From: Oikopleura dioica
Lineage: Eukaryota > Animalia > Chordata
Length of the DNA: 64,000 nucleotides
NCBI GenBank assembly: GCA_907165135.1
Contig: OU015569.1
Span: forward strand, 5,022,001 to 5,086,000
Reading direction: 5' to 3'
A program made the translations under genes and the position numbers. This document shows, piece by piece, positions 1-11,134 of this stretch. Below the pieces are notes generated by a model that searched no databases, was not told the origin of the DNA, and worked only from the letters and a program-made list of their open reading frames with translations. Every line of letters starts with the position of its first letter. The first letter of the stretch is position 1.

Positions 1-351
1 TGACCATCTCTGAGCAAGTAAGACCCGTTTTGTGCTGTTTTTGAGTATACCAAAAATATGTTTCTATCGAACTGAGACTGCGTTTGTAGCTAGGTAAATA
101 CGTCGTGCAGAGCAGATAATGGTCGGATTATTAATTTGCTTTTTGTAAGAAGCCAAAAAAGGTTGAACAGTTTCTCGAAGCTATTTCTTCGTCATCGGGT
201 GCACTCGTCGGACGCATTGGTCAGTTTAACTCCCGAGCAGCACACTATCGTCAACAGCTTCGTGCGCCAGCGGCTCAACAAGCTCCTAGACGACAAAATC
301 ATTCAAATGTCACAGACGGGAGATGAACCCTTCACAAACAGATACAGGTAG
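1..351 (+). CDS. 3' exons of an unidentified spliced gene running in from the left edge
   Basis: GT donors at about 18 and 93 and an open exon KPKKVEQFLEAISSSSGALVGRIGQFNSRAAHYRQQLR...; no recognisable domain. Confidence 0.3.
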
Positions 352-935
352 CGTCTCAAAGGTTTAATTGTAAATATCTGAGATGAAGTTATAACCGCCC
401 TTGAATATTTGTTGATCCACGCTTGGGTCAACGGTTAACCCTAACTCACTTGAGAATTTTCAATAATTGCTGTAGCTCGCCTTCATTCTGGCCCAAAGGA
501 CTGCGGGAGTTCCGAAGCAACGAAATCAGCAATCTGGCGATGAGTTTGCGCTCCGTCGATTTCTAGCGCCGATTCCTTCATTTTTTATACCCTTGTCATT
601 CTTTCACAATAAAATAAAAAGGAAATATTTCCATACGGGTTTGAAATATCCCACGTTTTTAATTTTATTCACTAACACGAAAAATATCGCAAACCGTAGA
701 CCTGGATTCTAGTCTTTTTATTTCTCAAAAAAGCGTCAACAATAATTTTGGAAAATGGCAGTTTGAGAAGTACCACCTTTGTTTTATAGAAAGTCTTTAA
801 GTTAAATTATTAATTAGAATTGAAAAGCGCAGATGCGAGCCACTTTTGTTTTCGTAAAAACGCTCCAGTTAATAATAGATCAAAGCATTTCCTCTCTTTC
901 GAAGCAGGCATTAATTTTTAAATTAACAAAAAAAA

Positions 936-1733
936 ATGGCTCCGGAAGAGAAGAATGCACAAATACGAAACTCGAATTCCAGCCGTTGGAATATTCCAGC
1001 AAAGGTGCAACAATTTGATTAATCTATCAACAACCGCTCTCCGCGTATTTTCAAACTCAACTGCGGTTCAATCTTTTTTATCAAGCGAATTAAAGTAATC
1101 AAAAATAAAGAAGAAGAAAAGCGTGGGTAAACGAAAAAAGGACCAAGGAAATTTTTCAGCAGTTGAATGCCGTTTTCAAAAAAATCAAAATAAAATACGG
1201 CTGTCGACTATTATTTTTTATTTACGAAAAGGTAGCTAGAACTCCGGAAGCTTTCGCTGTTGTTCTGGCCTTTTTTAATTATCAAGCGCTCATTCGTTTT
1301 TATGTTTGTTTAAACAAAGAAAGAGGTCTATCTGGCTAAAAATAGAAAACTTAGCGGAAATTTTCAATATTGCGTGCGTAAGCTAGAAAAAGAAAAGCCA
1401 TAACAAATTGTAATCATTAATTCGTGCGCGAAGTGGTGTCCTAACTCGATTGTTAATTGCTCCGCGCAACACAAACTAGGTGACAACGTTTCGTGTTTGC
1501 ACCTTTTCCAAGAACAAATTCGCAAAATACGTGCAAAATCCCGCGATCGCCAAATTCGAAAAAGGGAAAACGCCAAATCAACGATCTCAGGTAACGTTAA
1601 TTTGCCAGATGAGTTTGTCTACTTGAAAGCAGGTCCTGTCTCTTGCGAAGCAGATGGCGTCGTGCACCAGATCGGCCCGTCCGGCTCAGACAAGCTGTAC
1701 CTTCGCCGGGGAAACAACCCCTTCGTCACATGA
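936..1733 (+). CDS. Small multi-exon hypothetical protein (MAPEEKNAQIRNSNSSRWNIPAK...LYLRRGNNPFVT)
   Basis: ATG at 936, candidate GT/AG junctions near 1005, 1590 and 1631, stop at 1733; no homology recognised. Confidence 0.35.
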
Positions 1734-2339
1734 GAAAAGTGATTTATTTTGCGAGACAGTAATGAACTAAAGAATCAAGCCAGTAAATAAAAAGTAGAAC
1801 AGTTGAAGTCGAAAAGTCGAGAATGAATAAATATAAATCGGGAGGGTTTTTCTTCTTTCAAAAGTACGAGCCGTACTTTTTAAGGGCTTTCGTCTTATTC
1901 CCGAACCGGAGAAGTTTTGGCTTATTATTAGAAATGTGTCTAAAGGTTTGGAAATGACTCTAACGCTAACTCATACCCTAAAGTCTACAGGCTATAGAAG
2001 CAAAAGGATTTGCTGAAAGTTGTTAGGAACTTCACGGTCTTTAGATCCTGGATGTCCATTATCATCGCAGTAATGAGTAAATACTCTTTGAGCGAACTAA
2101 ATTATCTACACGTGATATTATTCTTCGATGATTCTTCGACGCAACGGTTATGTCACATGAGCACATAAGTTATGTGCTATCTTACCTTTATGCTTCTGTA
2201 TTAAAAATGCCACGGGTTTTGCTGGCAAGAAAGTCATTAAGAGTGCTTTTTGGATATTAAAAAAACATGCAAAATCAAGAAATCGCGCTAAACCACATGT
2301 TCATCTTTTTAAGCGTTGAAAGACTAAGAAAAGACTATT

Positions 2340-3078
2340 TTTACGCGCTTTCAAAAACACGTCTTACTTGTCAATTTTGATTCTTGCTCCGAATCGAGTG
2401 TGCCTTTATCAGTCTCAAATGACGGGCTCAATTGAACTTGCCAATTTGTTCTTGGATTCTCTAAAGTACGAAAGCCCTTTGCAAATAGTCGTGGTCTTCA
2501 ACGGGGCCAGGTTTGTGGAAAGCAATCGAGTTCAGAAGGTACCTCAGTTCTTGCTTCAGTCCCTCAATAAGCTCCAATTCAAATTAAGCTTTTATTTTGT
2601 TCATTAAGTCTTTTCGCTTTCTTACCCTTGAATTCAGTTTGAGGGAGTTGCTAATACTTTATCAGAGTTCTCGAAAATCATTCTTTCTAAATTTGTTCAC
2701 TTCTTTCGGCAATTCTAGAGGACCTAAAATTCTACTGCAGAACAAAGTCTACCTGCCTTTATGAGTCAAAATCTGCTAAAAAGTCGCCGGAAAGGGGAGA
2801 ACTCTGGCCTGAACGCGTTCACAAAAAAGAGAAAGGTAAGTCCCCTCCTTACGCTCTTGAGGAGGACCATTTTCTGATCGCGGATCTGTGCCATTCTGCA
2901 CGCTCTGTTTTATCATTTCAAGCGTATCTATTATTAAACGGGCTGAATTTATTATTGAATTATCTGATTGCATACGATGAACATCTGAAAAAATGATCGA
3001 TCGATCGAAAGAGCACCGTGAGAAACCTTTGTCAAAGCCAATTCGATTTTTTTGCTGGCAGACATTTCCGTCCTCCAA
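2340..3078 (-). CDS. Possible small spliced hypothetical protein
   Basis: Open minus-strand segments (ELELIEGLKQELR..., RLIIDTLEMIKQSVQNG...) separated by short AT-rich gaps; model unresolved. Confidence 0.25.
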
Positions 3079-3590
3079 TCCGTTATCACGTGACTGCTTC
3101 TAGACGTGGTTAGCAACAATCTAAGTTTGTACTTTGCCAAAATCGCGTTGACATGTCAACACTAACAAAAACTCGATCGATTAAAATCTAGTTAACAAAG
3201 GACTTGGAATAGAATCTAATATACCAACTAGGCATCATTTGAAATTGAACTTTTAACAAGTTCTGCGGAATTCATAAACCACAAATTATCATAACAAATG
3301 CCGTTTATCCTATACGCTATAAGTGACACGCATGTTTAATCCTTTTCTTCAATCATTTTGATGTTGCGGCTAAAAACAATAGTGTGGTTGGCAAAAGCTT
3401 CAGGATGAATTCTCCTGGCCTAATTATTGTAACAATAAGTGTTATAATTACATATGCAACGTGAGCTCCCAAATCTGCCACGGTAAAATCTCCGAGCGAA
3501 ACAAAACTGTTTGCTTGCAGAAAGTTCATGTTATACGAAGAGCATTTATTGGATCGATTTGTAAGGCATTGAAGTGTAAGTCTAGTCTGC

Positions 3591-4310
3591 TCATTTGCTT
3601 TCGTTTTCAAAGGAGTCTGGGCACATTCGCGACAATGGCAGGTTGACCATCTCGTCCTTGACCACAGTCAAACTGTTAGGCGTGCTAAAAAGGGATCACA
3701 ACGAATCGCCGAAGAAATTTCAAATCAAATCAAAAATATTATCTTTGGAATAGTTAGGCTTAAACTTCTATTCTGAAATTGTCCTCTCAGTGAGAGGCTC
3801 TTACAAAATGATAAATTCGCTTAAAAAATCGACATGGAAACACTTGAAATGAACTTGCTTACCACCAGATGGAGGGTCCACACTTGATGATGATTCTTGC
3901 AACTATCCATTTATCCGCGACGATCTGGTGCAGTTTCTGGATGTTGACAGACTCCAGGTCGCCAACGCACGCGGCCCTCATTTGAAAATCGTCGACTGCG
4001 CAAAATTAAGAAAAGAAAGAACTGTTTTCATACCTTTTCCGCGTTCGAAATCATTGTGCATCGAATTATTCAGGTCCATAAAGATCGTCTTTCCAACCGA
4101 TCCCACCTGAATTTATTACTGAGATCAAGGAAGACTACTCCTGTAAAAAAGATAAGCGAAGATATATTTCTAGTGCATAAGTGTGATTCTTACGATCTGG
4201 AACATGATTCGATCGTCTGTGCCGGCAAATCGCTGATCAGCTGTGCGAATCCTAATTGTGTACTTTTTGGTCTCTCGCTCAATTTTCTGCTTTTTCTCAT
4301 CGTCGCTCAT
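3591..4310 (-). CDS. Small single PLAT/LH2-domain protein, 4 exons
   Basis: Spliced translation MSDDEKKQKIERETKKYTIRIRTADQRFAGTDDRIMFQI / VGSVGKTIFMDLNNSMHNDFERGK / VDDFQMRAACVGDLESVNIQKLHQIVADKWIVARIIIKCGPSIW / CTPNSL...ENESK* matches PLAT hallmarks (Y.I.I.T...AGTD, NDFERG, W.V..I.I). Confidence 0.8.
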
Positions 4311-5033
4311 TTTGCTCCTTCAAAAACAGAGTGAAATCCCGTAGCTTCAGTCGTCCTCTTGTCTCTTTCTCTCTAACCCTTCGCCAAGAAAGAACAACGC
4401 GCCTGCCAAGCTAAAGGCCAGCTAGGATCAAAATGTCTACTTTGACCTATTACGCCAGTGAAACACCATGAAAGTCCTTATCCACCGGAATTCCATGGCT
4501 TTAAATAACGTACCCCACCCCCTAGCTCGCTCACATTTTGTGAACATTTTTCCCTTACTCGCTTAGTTAAACTCCAACAAGACCCCCCTTGGTCGCTCGC
4601 TTTTTGTTACCATATTCCGTTGGTCGCTTTCCTTCTTTTGCATACTACGCCCCCTTGTTCGCTCTTCTTGGTTTCGACGGCGCACCTTTGCTCGCCCGCC
4701 TTTCTCCGTCATTTATCCCTTGTTCGCTCTTGAAGCCCCGCGAGAACGCTTTATAACGCGTAGCTCATTTTCGTTTTCACTTTTAAAAGGCTTTTTAACT
4801 TTGATTTTCATGATTTTTTCCAAGCAAACTTATCTTTTTATGCTCCTTCACATCCATTTTGTCAAATTTATATATCTTCTTCATAAGAAGAAAATTTGGA
4901 CACTCCATTTCGAGTAAACATAAGTACTCGAAATACTTGGATTGAAAATTTGAGACATGAAAATCTCATGTCTTCTTCCTCAAAATTCATTTATTGAGAT
5001 TTCTCGAAAGAATTGACCGATAAATCTAGGTTT

Positions 5034-5447
5034 CAGTGGATTAAGCGGTTAGTGTACCCCTATTTTTCACCTTTAACCTTACCCCGCCAAATCGTCATGT
5101 TATCCTTACCCGCCAAAAACACCTCAGGTGGTGCATCGGCCCTTCAAAGGAGTTATGAATTGATATTAATATGACATAAAATCACATATTGATACAGAAA
5201 TATATTTATAATAAATATTTAAATGTAATTTACATTTTCGACCTCTGTGTCTGAGGAGATGTACCCTGGCGTGGTAAGGTTAAAATTCATATCCTTCGAG
5301 TCAGGTGAGATTATTTGTTTTTGATACAAGAAAATGAAATTCTCACGTCGTCATTTTGTATAAGGGAAAAATACTGTTCAAAGAAATTTCAGAAATCCAC
5401 TGTAATTTTTGAAAACTGCAGGGGTACACTAGCCGCTCAATCCACAG
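5034..5447. mobile_element. MITE, possibly Tc1/mariner-like, nested in 4504-5964
   Basis: 27-bp TIRs CAGTGGATTAAGCGGTTAGTGTACCCC (5034-5060) and GGGGTACACTAGCCGCTCAATCCACAG (5421-5447); TA on the right flank only. Confidence 0.55.
5077..5279. mobile_element. piggyBac-like MITE (innermost)
   Basis: TTAA on both sides (5073-5076, 5280-5283) and TIRs CCTTACCCCGCC / GGCGTGGTAAGG. Confidence 0.65.
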
Positions 5448-6017
5448 TACATAGAACGCTAAAGTGAAATAAAATAGATAAGTTTGGGGAGATTTCCGCG
5501 GCGTTTGTTAAAAAAAACAGTCTCAACTTAAAGATCCGACTATTTTGAGTATAAATGTACATATGAAGTCACGCAATCAAGTGTACGGCATAATTCAGCA
5601 ATGATACAAGATAAAAAAATTTAACTGGACGCTTTAAAAAGAGGAAATGAAGTTTAGTTACTGTCAAAATATTCATGAAAATGAAAAATATAGTTCCCTA
5701 TGAAAAGCTTGAGTCGAAAGTACAGTAAGAGCTGTAAGAGCGACCTAAACCGAGCTAGGCTTTGGCGGTCTCGCGGCGAACAAGGGATAAATGGGTGAGG
5801 AGGAGCGAACAAGGGCGCGCGAGGTAATAAGAAGGATGGCGACTTATGAAGCGCGCTGAAACAAGAATGAGAGCGAGCAAGGGGACTTCGATAAAATTTA
5901 ACAAAGCGAGCAAGGGAAAAATGTTCACAAAATGTGAGCGAGCTAGGGGGTGGGGTACGTTATTATTGCCATTAACTTTCATAGACAATAAACATCGAAG
6001 TTCGTTCTTCACGTTTT

Positions 6018-7059
6018 TCATCCTGTTTGGTTTATTGGTTTTTGGATATTTTTAGTGATGCAGCGACAGAAGGATAGAAATGACAGTGTTTCGTGTGCTC
6101 TATTTGAGTCAAATAATTTGACATCAAAGTTCTTCGCGTCGTAGTTGGACAGTAGAAAGACGCTCTCCGGTGAAAGGTGGCTGGGTGAGATTGACGTGGA
6201 AATCACAGAGGATTTTGAAGCAGGGGCTAAAGTACTTTGCCGCGTCCAAGTTGTTTTGATACAGGTTTTTTCCGTCGTCAGCCAGGTTCGTTGGCCGCTC
6301 GAAAGGTGCCCCAGTCGCCGAATCCACGTAAGTTGTCTCGCTTTCAATTAATGTGTTCCCCATTAGATGCAATTCGCTGGAGCACTTGACCATCGCTAGA
6401 ATGAGATTTTTTTGAAAGCAAAGATTCGTTTTTACCCTACCGTGCCCGAGAGACTCTGTAATTTCTGCCAAATCAGGCAGCTCCGTTCCTTGGACATCCG
6501 AACCCGTCTCCATACTCTCTGAGAATCTTTTTCTGCTGCTGGCTGGTGCGTCCAAATTCGACGATTTTATGCATTCCAAGCCATTGGCGATAAGAGTGTT
6601 GCAAAGCTCCATTTTCTTTCTCACATGCTGAATCCGAGCATTCCCGGATGAAGGGGTCGTGGATGCATTTGCTGGATCGGAAAAACTTAAATGGAAGACT
6701 TTCAGCGGTCTTATTAAAACGGAAAGTTAAAACAGGCTTCGGTGGCCAAATAAGACCGGATCCTGGATTCTGAAGAATATTCTTGACCTCCTTCAACCGT
6801 TGCTCATTCTTCAACACTTTGGCTAAATAGATTAATCTCTGATTCTCTGGCGGAATCGGATCTTCTCCAATTCTTTCGAAAATCTCCTTCTTGACGTCTT
6901 CAACGAGCGCATCCGCAGGCAGCCTCAGATTCAACTTGGTTGTATCTAAACAGGAAACATTGGTGAAATCGTTGATTATTCTTTTAACTTGCCATTGACA
7001 TGGACAGAAAGCTCTATAAGTTCTTTGCTTTGACGCAGGTTATTCTCTTGCTTTTTCAT
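6018..7059 (-). CDS. N-terminal ubiquitin-like (UBL) domain protein, weakly HERPUD-like; 3' end uncertain
   Basis: Spliced IELSVHVN/DTTKLNLRLPADALVEDVKKEIFERIGEDPIPPENQRLIYLAKVLKNEQRLKE is a typical UBL fold (QRLIY.GK.L); first intron 6946-6992 is GC-AG. Confidence 0.7.
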
Positions 7060-7305
7060 CTCTTTTGCCGGAATGAGGAAATACGCAGCTTTCAATTCTG
7101 ATTGGCTCGATTCTAAAAAGTAGAAACTCCAACACTGATTTTTTAAAATGGAAAAATGAAAGGAAAAGTCATCCTCGACTATCGTCCTTTTCTCATCCTT
7201 TTTCTTTTTCTCTTTTTCAGAAAAAGCTTTTTCTATCAAAAAGGGATGCGAACCCGAATAGTCAAAATCGGTAATCATTCATGAATCATGAGCAAAACCT
7301 GTTAG

Positions 7306-7470
7306 CTGGGATCGGCAATCCGTGTAGAAAGTCAGGATTCTGGAAGAGTTATTATGAGTGTAGCGATTTTATGAAAACGAAGCCGCAAAGTGGCTTCGCG
7401 AAAATTGCAGCTTTATCGTAGCTTTTTCAGGACCCTGACTCAGGTTTTCTACACAGGTTGCCGAGCCAAG
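7306..7470. mobile_element. hAT-family MITE, copy 1
   Basis: TIRs CTGGGATCGGCAATCCGTGTAGAAA / TTTCTACACAGGTTGCCGAGCCAAG; 8-bp TSD CCTGTTAG / CCTGTAAG (7/8). Confidence 0.75.
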
Positions 7471-7742
7471 CCTGTAAGTAATACTAAAAGTTGCAAATTG
7501 CTCTTTTTCTTTACTGGTGATTTATTTTTTGTTGACAGAAAACTTACTGCATTGTGTTTATCTAAAAAGAAGTACTTGTCAGAAAGAAATATATAATAAT
7601 ATTATAATGAATTAGTGACGAGATTCTTTTGTACTTTGGTCCAAGCTCGTGATTTTGGAATATGTGCCTGTTCCAGTGACTTCTGTTTTTTCAGACTTTT
7701 CAGGGCTTTCTCAACTTTTTCTTTGTTATTAATTTTCTAGTT

Positions 7743-8227
7743 TCATTTCAAAAATTCTCTTTTCAAAATAATTGTTTTTTTAAATCCCTTGTCTCGTCGG
7801 AAGTCTTCGAAATGGCCGAGTCTGGCAGCGATGTTTTGCGTGATTTCAGTCATCACTGATCTTTCCTCTTCGCTTTGGAGACACAAACTTGGCTTCTTCG
7901 CTAGAACTTTCTCCAACTGAATCGACCCAATCGAGGTGTAGTTTGCCGGCTCAGGGTGCTCGAAACTTATGTCCATAGCTGCGTAATTGTCCTTGTCGCA
8001 TGTTTCCAACTGTTTTCTTATCGAAGCTTGCGCTTGAAGATTATTACAGAGAAGCTGAATTTTAGGTTAAAGATAAGCAGAAAACCCGAAAAGAAACATA
8101 CACTTTCGAGCATTTCAAGCTTGGTACCATTGTCGTTGTTTTCGATATCAAACTGGAGGTTTTCAACCAAAACCATTGCTTCCTTCGCCCGGCGCACGAG
8201 TTTTCTGGCAAGAGCTTCGCTTTCCAT
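7743..8227 (-). CDS. Small 2-exon hypothetical helical protein (MESEALARKLVRRAKEAM...REFLK)
   Basis: Two ORFs (8227-8100 and about 8010-7743) separated by a GT...AG intron; no domain recognised. Confidence 0.5.
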
Positions 8228-8402
8228 TTTCTCGGCGATTTATGAGCTGATTCTATGTCTAAATCAACCTTCGAAACCCTAATCCTAACCCTAACAGAAA
8301 AACTGACCTTTGTTTGTAACAAAAGAAAAGTTACTATTTATGATTTTGACCAAATCAACAGTCCGTAGTTTTATTCTAGAGATAAAACAACCCTGATTAT
8401 GA

Positions 8403-8537
8403 CTGGGCTCGGCAACCTGTGTAGAAAACCTGACTCAGGGTCTGAATGATCTCCAGAATTCGAAAATTGATTTGGGAAGCGGCGAAAAGATCTTTCAGAC
8501 CCTGACTCAGGTTTTCTAAAAATGTTGCCGAGCACAG
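8403..8537. mobile_element. hAT-family MITE, copy 2
   Basis: About 40-bp TIRs CTGGGCTCGGCAACCTGTGTAGAAAACCTGACTCAGGGTCTG; 8-bp TSD GATTATGA / GATTCTGA (7/8). Confidence 0.78.
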
Positions 8538-9108
8538 GATTCTGACCAACAAAGGAACGGTCGTCGTAGTTGCAATTTCGCCCAAGGGCACTTGCGCGAA
8601 AAAAATACTTGGCTTGAGAAAGTTTTATTCAGGTTCCTTTTTTTAAAGATAGAGAAATAAAATGGCTCAACTTGATGATTCTGTCAGGTACACTGGAAAA
8701 ATAGTCCATCGGATAAAAATTCAAAAGGCAAAATTTATTATATGCTTTTAATTTGCCCATAGCGGCCAAAAAGAACAATAAAAATGTAAATTTAAATCTT
8801 CTTCTCCTTCTTAAAAAAATAGAATTGCAATTAAAATAGTTGACATTGATTGAACCACTTTGCTGGATTCAATAACATATATCGACCTGAGCCGTGATTA
8901 GAATTAATTTCCTCGGGGAATATCCAAGCTTGGAAAGAGCTGCAAGGCCATTTTTTCCTTTTTTCAACAAAAACCATCTTTTTGAAAATCGTAAAAAATA
9001 ATGGAAGACGACCGCTTTTTGGACCCAGAGCGGGATAAAAATATCCAAGTCATTGTTTTCAGAGAAGCGAGTAATAATAGCGGCGAAGGCAATAATCAAC
9101 CAGGATAT

Positions 9109-9600
9109 AACAAAATGACAGGAGCCACGACCATAGAGGAATTAAGGAAAGCAGGCTTAACTCTCTTCTAATCCAGTCAAGAAAGATTTTCATGTTTCAA
9201 AAAAAAGCCTTCAAAAGAAAAAATAATTCTTACAATACATCGCGCGTCTCTTACTGCTGGCGCTGGTTTCTGAACTTGGATGAGTTCGCCCGTATTTGCA
9301 TCTATTTCACGGTGGTCTCTCTTCTACTGACAGCGGCGTTGATCATCGATGCTGCCGTCGGAAACGGCCCCGTGCCGATCAAGTATTCAATCAAAACTAG
9401 CGATGCTTTTTGCGACGAAGTTGTTGAGCAGTTCATGAAAAAATCGAGGAATTCTCACAGCTCGGCTGTTTTGGGTGAGTTTTATTTCAGAATCGAAAAT
9501 CAAAAGCATGGGAGAGTTACTGTTCTTCTTTTTGACTTTGAGATGATCCAGAAGTGCTTTGGGAGTCGCTGAATAGAATTCTCGAGTTGTTTTTCGCCGT
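9109..9600 (+). CDS. Putative single-pass membrane protein
   Basis: ORF 9192-9474 contains a hydrophobic stretch ICIYFTVVSLLLTAALIIDAAV and ends at a GTGAG donor; boundaries uncertain. Confidence 0.35.
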
Positions 9601-9649
9601 GTAGATTTCGATCAACTCTAAAATAGAATAAGTATTAGAAAAGAACAAT

Positions 9650-9862
9650 CTGGGCTCGACAGCCTGTAAAGAAATATGAGTCAGTTTCCTTAGTGGCGGC
9701 TTCTATAAAAATGAAGCCGCAAAGCGGCTACCAAAATATTACCCTTTCAATCTTTTTAAATTCTAGCCAAGCCGCCTCGCGGCTTTGTTTTTATAAAAAC
9801 ATCTACGCACATTTTGATTTATACTATTTGAGAACCTGACACAGGTCTTCTACAACTAGTAG
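9650..9862. mobile_element. Degenerate hAT MITE, copy 3
   Basis: CTGGGCTCGAC...GAGTCAG left end, internal GAAGCCGCAAAGCGGCT motif shared with copy 1, decayed right end. Confidence 0.5.
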
Positions 9863-10475
9863 CACTTACTTTTTGCTCCTTGATCAACGGCCGTGCTACT
9901 TTCGTCCGAAGAGCTGCATCCTTGAAAACGTACTAAAAGCGTAAAATGAAGGGATTACCTGGCTTTTCTTCTTTGTTAATTTTCGCAGAATTAGAAAATA
10001 AAGCGAAGCTTTCCAGATCCCCCAAATCAGCCTCGTATCCTTCATCGCTTGATTTGCAGCTTTTCTTTTGCTGATTAGAAAATGAGCTACAGTCTGTCAC
10101 TCAAAAAAAATCAGGACTTACAGGGTTTTCTTCCGAGGGATTTTCCAAGCCAGAATCATTCGAAATCTCTTCTTCAGTCCCTTTTTTCGCCAACGATTTT
10201 CTTCTTTTCAAAATTCGCGGCTTTAAGAACACAGTAAAATTAGTGTACGAGATTTACTCAAATTTACCTGAGTTTTGCATTCGATGATAGATCCACTTCG
10301 AAGCTTCATTTTTCAATTTTCGATTTCTCGTTCTGATTAATTTTTTATTCTGAATCTCAGGCTATAATATTTTCGACTCAATTCTATCCTTTCTTTCTTA
10401 GGTAGTCTCTGCTTACTGGGAAAAACGCCGGACCGAATTTCTTCGTACGGCGGGGGAGTAGCAGTCGTCTCGAAA

Positions 10476-11103
10476 ATGGGCTCCGACGCACCGCCAAAAT
10501 ACCTGAACTTTTACGGTATTCATCCCTTGCCCGAGACCAACCCAGCTCCAGACAATACGATCAAGAATAACGAGCAGCCGTATCCAGTTCTGATGCAAGG
10601 GATGAAAATCATTCTCCAGTCGCGCAAAGAGTGGGAAGGCGAAAGAGCTGAGTGGACTTACAGCGGCAAAAAGGTTGAACACTACTCGCTGGATGAACTT
10701 TTTGATTATCTCATTGAAAATGTGCCCGATGAAGGAAGAGTTTGAAAAAGCGAAAAATTTTTGATTCAAAAATTGAATTTTCAAACTCGAAAAAGACCGA
10801 AACACCTTCAAAGCAATCAAAGAAAACTACGAAGAAGGGAACGTCGATCCAGACGCAAACGACGATGAGAACTTTGTGGAATACGTTGAAAAGCTCAAGT
10901 CGGATGGGATGATGGAAATGATCGAGTTTGGGAGGAGCAAGGATATGAGAGCTGGCAACGAAACGAACGGAGAGGAGGTTGAAGACTACGAAGTCAGCTC
11001 TACTGTTTACTACGTCGACGAAATCACAGAGCTCGTTCAGACTTACTCTAAACCGCTCGTTGAAAATTGGCTTGAGGAAAATTGGGTTCATCTCTTTCTT
11101 TAA
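10476..11103 (+). CDS. Acidic hypothetical protein, at least 2 exons
   Basis: ORFs 10476-10734 and about 10796-11100 join in frame through a short intron (best fit GA-AG 10735-10795); no domain recognised. Confidence 0.5.
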
Positions 11104-11134
11104 CTATCAAAGAAAGACTCTTTTCAGAAATTAA

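Larger units (their letters stand above)
4504..5964. mobile_element. Non-autonomous foldback-like element with long imperfect inverted repeats
   Basis: 4504-4571 is about 95% identical to the reverse complement of 5896-5964 (AATAACGTACCCCACCCCCTAGCTCGCTCACATTTTGTGAAC...); subterminal arrays of CCCTTGYTCGCT in opposite orientation; no ORF. Confidence 0.7.

Noticed and set aside
430-450. TAACCCTAAC as a telomerase template or telomeric remnant
   Set aside because: A single short match with no supporting structure.
5755-6055. ORFs on both strands
   Set aside because: They lie in the right arm of the foldback element.
7306-8537. Composite transposon capturing the 7743-8227 gene between two MITEs
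   Set aside because: Each MITE has its own distinct 8-bp TSD, so they are independent insertions.
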